Source: a virus
Length of the DNA: 36,287 nucleotides
IMG/VR virus record: IMGVR_UViG_3300008112_000002
Location: 1-36,287 of that record
Reading direction: 5' to 3' (one strand)
In this document: positions 32,127 to 36,287 of the stretch, piece after piece
How the letters are laid out: each line of letters begins with the position of its first letter
Numbering within the stretch: position 1 is the first letter of the stretch
The notes under the pieces: model-generated
The model's database searches: none
The model's input: only the letters and a program-made list of their open reading frames with translations
Told to the model about the DNA's origin: nothing
Position numbers and translations under genes: made by a program

Positions 32127-32951
32127 TCATGCGCTTTTCTTTTTTAACTGTGCTTTGTACCGCATAACTTTGGTTAAATCACCAGTTCTCGCCGCTTCCT
32201 CACGAAGGCGATCAAGTGTTGAATCTACCGAGCCGGAAACCCGGCCAGTTCCTTGAACAGTTCGCTCAGGTGGGGGTATTGTTTTTTTGTTGACCACTTT
32301 TAATTCCTTTTCAAGTTTGGCAATGGCAAAAGCAAATTTAACCGGGTCACTTATCCTACTTAATTCCTGCGCTTTTTTCGGATTCTTGCCCAAAGCATAA
32401 ACCACTAGAGCAGGATTATCCGCGCCCTGAATAATCACGCCTTGTTGCGTAACATTGAATAATTCCTGAGCCATGAACTCAGCATCATCATAATCTTTGA
32501 CTTTTAGCTCGTTCTTGGCTTTAGTGTATGAATCCAGCTTGTTTTGCCAGTCCCTTACTTGATTATCTTCGGACTGCCTGATTTTTTCCTGTTCGATGTC
32601 GTGAATTCGTTTCTTTTCGTACCATTTGTCGAGTTCAGCATCAAACTTCTCAGCATCGTAGTCAAAGTCCTCAAGTTTTGGCTTTTGTGCCAGCTTTACT
32701 TTTGGCGCGGATTGATTGATCTGTGACTCTAGCTCACGGATGCGACGCTCTTTCTCTCTGTTTGCCTTGCGCAGCTCACGAACCCAGTCAGGCGCTCTTG
32801 CTTCCTCTTCTTGAGGCGCTTCGTCACCAATTGTAATTGTGACTTCCTCTGTTGGTTCCTCTTGCTGTTCTTCGGCTTGCTCTTCCTGCGCTTCTTCTAT
32901 CTGCGCCTCTTCTTGCTCAGTCTCTTGCTGGATTTCTTGCTCGACTTCCAT
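32127..32951 (-). CDS. Scaffolding protein
   Basis: Start MEVEQEIQQ with SD GAGGA (the track GTG at 32969 is less likely). It has a very acidic N-terminus, long charged helices and a basic C-terminus, and lies directly upstream of the coat gene. Confidence 0.7.
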   Translation of the reverse strand: MEVEQEIQQETEQEEAQIEEAQEEQAEEQQEEPTEEVTITIGDEAPQEEEARAPDWVRELRKANREKERRIRELESQINQSAPKVKLAQKPKLEDFDYDAEKFDAELDKWYEKKRIHDIEQEKIRQSEDNQVRDWQNKLDSYTKAKNELKVKDYDDAEFMAQELFNVTQQGVIIQGADNPALVVYALGKNPKKAQELSRISDPVKFAFAIAKLEKELKVVNKKTIPPPERTVQGTGRVSGSVDSTLDRLREEAARTGDLTKVMRYKAQLKKKSA

Positions 32952-32990
32952 AATTTCCTCTATTCTCACTCATAGGCTGAGTGGTTGCCG

Positions 32991-33812
32991 TTAGTGAACC
33001 GTTATCCCAATAGTGCTCAACAAAACACGCGTTTCATATTCCTCAAGTTGTAAGTATGCCTCGATAATTTCCACCTCCTCTTGCAAGATTGATTTTAATT
33101 CAGCCGCTGCAAGTGTCAATTCTTTTTCTTTTTCAGCCTGTATAGAGTCAGTTACCTTGCGTTCTATTTGAATAGCCTCAAGTTTTGCTAGTTCACGCTG
33201 TAAGCTTTCAAGCTGTTTAATTTCCCCAGAATAGTCGGCAAGTTTGCGAATAATGCGCTTTGCCTGTGGGCGCTCAGACTTCGCCATCGTTTCGGCAATG
33301 TCTCGCATATCCTGAGCTTCAATCCTGCGTAGAGAATCTTCGAGAATCTCGCGTTCGCGTCCCCATCCTTTTTTACGCTTGGCTGTTCCTGATCCACTAA
33401 TAATAATAGGATAATAAATTAACTGCGCATTATTTCCATTATATGAATAGACACCACTTTCAGCATTGATCGTGTAAGCGCCTGAAAAGGGGACATAAGT
33501 TAAATTAACATTATTCCCGCTGTAACCGTATATGCCGCCATCAGCAGTAAGCAGTCGGCTATAAAGCAGGTTCGCATTGTCGCCGCTATATGTATAAGTG
33601 CCGCCATCCGCTGTTAATGTATAAGAACCAACAGGCGTGTAAATTAAACTAGCGTTATTCCCGCTATATGTGTAAGTACCACCCTCGGCAGTTAGCAAAA
33701 GGTTATAAAGCAGGTTGGCATTATTGCCAGAATAATTGTATGTACCGCCGTCGGCAACTAGAGTATAAGCCCCGCCTGCCGCTGCTTGGTTAAAAAGAAG
33801 CAGCAGTGACAT
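32991..33812 (-). CDS. Tandem-repeat protein (5 x approximately 24-aa YT.xADGGxYxYSGNNAxLxY units) with C-terminal coiled coil
   Basis: 273 aa. The repeats are visible directly in the translation, followed by a basic linker KRKKGWGRE and then helical heptads. Confidence 0.7.
   Translation of the reverse strand: MSLLLLFNQAAAGGAYTLVADGGTYNYSGNNANLLYNLLLTAEGGTYTYSGNNASLIYTPVGSYTLTADGGTYTYSGDNANLLYSRLLTADGGIYGYSGNNVNLTYVPFSGAYTINAESGVYSYNGNNAQLIYYPIIISGSGTAKRKKGWGREREILEDSLRRIEAQDMRDIAETMAKSERPQAKRIIRKLADYSGEIKQLESLQRELAKLEAIQIERKVTDSIQAEKEKELTLAAAELKSILQEEVEIIEAYLQLEEYETRVLLSTIGITVH
33407..33767. repeat. Intragenic tandem repeat array (approximately 72-bp units, alternating two subtypes)
   Basis: It encodes YTLVADGGTYNYSGNNANLLYNLL / LTAEGGTYTYSGNNASLIYTPVGS / YTLTADGGTYTYSGDNANLLYSRL / LTADGGIYGYSGNNVNLTYVPFSGA / YTINAESGVYSYNGNNAQLIYYP. 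Confidence 0.8.
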
Positions 33813-33815
33813 GGC

Positions 33816-33977
33816 TTACAGCGTCAATAGTTGATTCAGCGTTTCCTGAGTGGCCGCAATATCAGCATCAATTCTTTCAACCTGCTTAATATCGCCCAAA
33901 CTGACGGCAGATGCGCGAAGTTGTGAAAGATACACAAGTCTTGCTTTGCACATATTGATGAGGTCATTGATTGTCAT
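33816..33977 (-). CDS. Hypothetical helical protein (53 aa, below cut-off)
   Basis: MTINDLINMCKARLVYLSQLRASAVSLGDIKQVERIDADIAATQETLNQLLTL fills the gap between its two neighbours exactly. Confidence 0.55.
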   Translation of the reverse strand: MTINDLINMCKARLVYLSQLRASAVSLGDIKQVERIDADIAATQETLNQLLTL

Positions 33978-33978
33978 A

Positions 33979-35415
33979 TTAAACTACCTGTTGTCTGAGC
34001 ATTACGGTGGAAGTGTTAAGAATCATATAAACGTAGCGAATTTCAGTAGCCCCATCAAAATAAGTCACGTCGAACGCTGTATCACCAATAAGTGCCGCGC
34101 CGTTTGGAAACAACATGGTATTCCACCCTTCCATTGAGCTGGTGGCGAAATTATAACGGAACCAGCGGCCAGTCGCTTCTTTTTGGATATAGAGGAAATC
34201 CTCCATATACGAATACTTTGTGCCAGTGGTGAATGTTTCCGTTGCAGGAGAATAAGTCACGCCACTAACCCATGTATTCGCTGCGATGTCATAGTAATCC
34301 AGCACCGCACCAGCAGCACCACGGAATGAATAGATGCGGCGGCCATTCAATATGGCATTCTCACCAGTCCAATCGCTTTCCTTGACATCCCAAACCCAGT
34401 GGGCAGACATCCCAGTGCCGGGCGCAGCGGCTCTTGCAGCGGTAGGGGTAAGCGTAGCCCATGTGTTTGTGCTGATTGTATAGCGATAAAGCGTGACCGC
34501 GTTATTGCCCATGTAATAAAGGAAATCGTCATTGCCTTCGATTGAATAGGTCGAAGTTACATCTGGCTGCGTAGTCCATGCAGTGCCTACAGTAATGACG
34601 GTTGCAGTATTGCTCGCAATCGTGCGAATTTGCCCGGCTCCCGTGCCACCCGTGATGCGTATTTGGTAGTTTGTCCACTGGTTAACTGTCCAGTTATTAG
34701 TGCTGTTAGTAAGTGTCGAAGCACCGCCAGCCGTTGCCGTGCCGGTGGCAAACGATAGAAACCCAGAATCCATCCATGACGGCGTAGAAATCAGCTTGCC
34801 ATCCGTTGCAAGCGATGCCGGAAGTCCGGTCTGCGATAGCGTTGTCCATGTGTTCGTGGCGAGGTCATACTTGCGGAATGAGGCCGCCGCCAGCGTACCC
34901 GCGCCAACCACATACCAGCAAGGCGTCATAAGGCGGTAGGTGGTAGATGCGGAAAACGCGGAAGCCTGAGTTGCCACAGTAATCGTGGCATTCGTACCAA
35001 TAGTATTACTGACAATCGTCAACGTAACGCCAGCATTCGGACCACCCGTGATATGGACGCTATAGCCGCGCAAGTCGCGCGCAAGCGTTTGGTTTGTGAC
35101 AATCGTCGAGGTCGTCCCGCCTGTTGCGGTAAGCTGTGCCGCACCAACTGCCGTACCCACGCTGAACCCAGACGCAACCCCAGCAGCACCAGCGCCAAAA
35201 GTACCAGCCAAACCTGGCGAAGGCGTTGCAACCCATCCATCCTCAGATGGCAGATAAAGCCATGCCGTAGTGTTTGCCGTCACATAAAGCTGCTGTTGCC
35301 TGTAATGGCGGCTTGATGCAATAAACGCACCTGCCACTGTTGCTGTGGGCGCTGGCGTGCAAAATTCCCAGCGTTTAAGGTCAAGAATTTTTCTGTTTCC
35401 GTTTGTTGTTGGCAT
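33979..35415 (-). CDS. Kelch-type beta-propeller protein (virion-module insertion)
   Basis: 478 aa with recurring blades: FRKYDLATNTWTTL, LYRYTISTNTWATL, LDYYDIAANTWVSG and WFRYNFATSSMEGW. Confidence 0.7.
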   Translation of the reverse strand: MPTTNGNRKILDLKRWEFCTPAPTATVAGAFIASSRHYRQQQLYVTANTTAWLYLPSEDGWVATPSPGLAGTFGAGAAGVASGFSVGTAVGAAQLTATGGTTSTIVTNQTLARDLRGYSVHITGGPNAGVTLTIVSNTIGTNATITVATQASAFSASTTYRLMTPCWYVVGAGTLAAASFRKYDLATNTWTTLSQTGLPASLATDGKLISTPSWMDSGFLSFATGTATAGGASTLTNSTNNWTVNQWTNYQIRITGGTGAGQIRTIASNTATVITVGTAWTTQPDVTSTYSIEGNDDFLYYMGNNAVTLYRYTISTNTWATLTPTAARAAAPGTGMSAHWVWDVKESDWTGENAILNGRRIYSFRGAAGAVLDYYDIAANTWVSGVTYSPATETFTTGTKYSYMEDFLYIQKEATGRWFRYNFATSSMEGWNTMLFPNGAALIGDTAFDVTYFDGATEIRYVYMILNTSTVMLRQQVV

Positions 35416-35418
35416 TTT

Positions 35419-35883
35419 TTAACTCACTGAAATGTTGCGACGAAGAGCATCCGCACCCAAACGCATAAGGGCAGGGATTTGGTCGTTAGCGGCAAAACCG
35501 CCAATCTGTGTCTGGTTGGTAAGAGTCGAAACGGTGCTTACCGTCGTGACGCCTGTTACAGTCGAAACAGTTCCTACCGTTGTAATCGTGGCAAGCGTGA
35601 GACCAGCTGTGATTGAATCAATCGCCACCCGCATCCTTGCTGCCGTGTCTGGCTGCATCAGGCCAATGGTGCGCGTGAGTGCTTGAATTGCACAGCGCAC
35701 CGCTTCCAATGCTTCGATTGCTTCGCCGTAAAGAGCAGCAGGCAAGGGGTTGGCTTGTGTGCCAATGGGTGTTGTGCTGTTCTCCGTAGCGTCAACCAGC
35801 TTCATCATCTGGTATTGTATGCCGTCAATATCGTCCGTGGCAATTTGTTCGCCCGTACCCGGTAATGTTACGTCATTAGCCAT
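35419..35883 (-). CDS. Hypothetical virion-module protein with TV(S/G)T repeats
   Basis: 154 aa. The stretch TTVGTVSTVTGVTTVSTVSTLTNQ is encoded by an imperfect 36-bp tandem duplication around 35523..35594. Confidence 0.6.
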   Translation of the reverse strand: MANDVTLPGTGEQIATDDIDGIQYQMMKLVDATENSTTPIGTQANPLPAALYGEAIEALEAVRCAIQALTRTIGLMQPDTAARMRVAIDSITAGLTLATITTVGTVSTVTGVTTVSTVSTLTNQTQIGGFAANDQIPALMRLGADALRRNISVS

Positions 35884-35891
35884 TTTTTACC

Positions 35892-36257
35892 CTACGATAA
35901 AGTAATTGCAGCGCCAGTTAAGTCAACAGTAAATGTTTCACCGTTTGCCATGGTTATGCTTGAACCATAATCCCACCATGAAACCACTGGGTCGAGCGGT
36001 GAAGTAAGCGTGTTGTCATAAAGGACAGCATAACGAAACGAAGGTACAGAGCCTGAAGCTGTCAGAGTCAAGTCTTGAAACACAAGCGTATAAACGCCTC
36101 CAGTTTGCGAAGAGCTTGTCGTAGTGATGTTTCGGCTGGTTAGGTTCGTGTAGCTGATTTCCGTTATATCAGCCAATACGCTGTTTGCCGCTACGGGCGC
36201 GGTGTTTGTCAAAGCAATAGTGAACTGGTCAGTGTCAAGGTTAGCCACTGTCACCAT
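35892..36257 (-). CDS. Hypothetical beta-rich virion-module protein; the ORF stays open to the window edge and continues at 1..123
   Basis: 121 aa from the ATG at 36257. The frame has no stop up to 36287. In the circular genome an ATG 13 codons upstream (window position 123) abuts the portal stop. Confidence 0.65.
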   Translation of the reverse strand: MVTVANLDTDQFTIALTNTAPVAANSVLADITEISYTNLTSRNITTTSSSQTGGVYTLVFQDLTLTASGSVPSFRYAVLYDNTLTSPLDPVVSWWDYGSSITMANGETFTVDLTGAAITLS

Positions 36258-36287
36258 GTTTTTAGCCCAGGCGTGAAATTTATTCCA
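36174..36287. repeat. Terminal direct repeat, copy 2
   Basis: Identical to 1..114. Confidence 0.95.

Noticed and set aside
448-35865. Plus-strand ORFs of 60-197 aa listed in the track (e.g. 1978..2427, 3588..4181, 6289..6663, 20562..20927, 27689..28042)
   Set aside because: All lie antisense within long, well-supported minus-strand genes. They have low-complexity or Ser/Leu/Cys/Phe-rich translations and no SD, so they are shadow ORFs.
17799-36257. Diversity-generating retroelement in the tail-fibre region, as in BPP-1-like podoviruses
   Set aside because: There is no reverse-transcriptase-sized ORF on either strand, and no template/variable repeat pair was seen near the 3' ends of the fibre, needle or tailspike genes.
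1-36287. CRISPR arrays, rRNA genes, transposable elements or IS
   Set aside because: No regularly spaced repeats, no rRNA-like sequence, and no transposase or inverted terminal repeats were seen.

Overview
The window is one complete, circularly closed phage genome. The first 114 nt are repeated exactly at the end, so the unique length is 36173 bp. Transcription is almost entirely unidirectional: every convincing gene is on the minus strand, apart from one possible small zinc-ribbon ORF on the plus strand. The structural genes indicate a P22-like podovirus. They include a PBSX-type TerL, a P22-type portal, a scaffold, a P22-type coat, gp4-like and gp10-like tail proteins, a coiled-coil needle with a C-terminal knob, ejection-type proteins and a beta-helix depolymerase tailspike. 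A roughly 3.3-kb extra module sits between portal and scaffold and encodes a Kelch-type beta-propeller and a tandem-repeat protein. The late operon ends with a lysis cassette (membrane coiled-coil protein, small membrane protein, DUF5675-like enzyme, 3-TM GTA-type holin) and a strong intrinsic terminator at 16187..16213. The early region (16111 down to 4950) is lambdoid and nin-like, with ERF, NinB, a YbcO/DUF1364 protein, a RuvC-like resolvase, a DUF1376 replication protein and many tiny ORFs. It contains no integrase and no CI-type repressor. At least six minus-strand sigma70-type promoters share one design. The most unusual element is a 95-nt tRNA-like RNA. It has a perfect acceptor stem, a T-arm and an encoded CCA, but its anticodon arm is replaced by a palindromic 10-bp hairpin. 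It lies in the only large non-coding gap (5136..5535), just upstream of a small 2-TM protein gene and a cluster of hairpins and tandem 10-mers at the early/late junction. Other points of interest are an SD-sequestering structure ahead of the replication gene, an apparently leaderless RHH regulator, a secreted Rap1a/Tai4-like protein, a HiPIP-like Cys-cluster protein in the tail/ejection module, duplicated gene ends, and 11 tightly coupled ORFs below the 60-aa cut-off of the ORF track. All homology statements rest on motif recognition by eye. No searches or folding programs were run.
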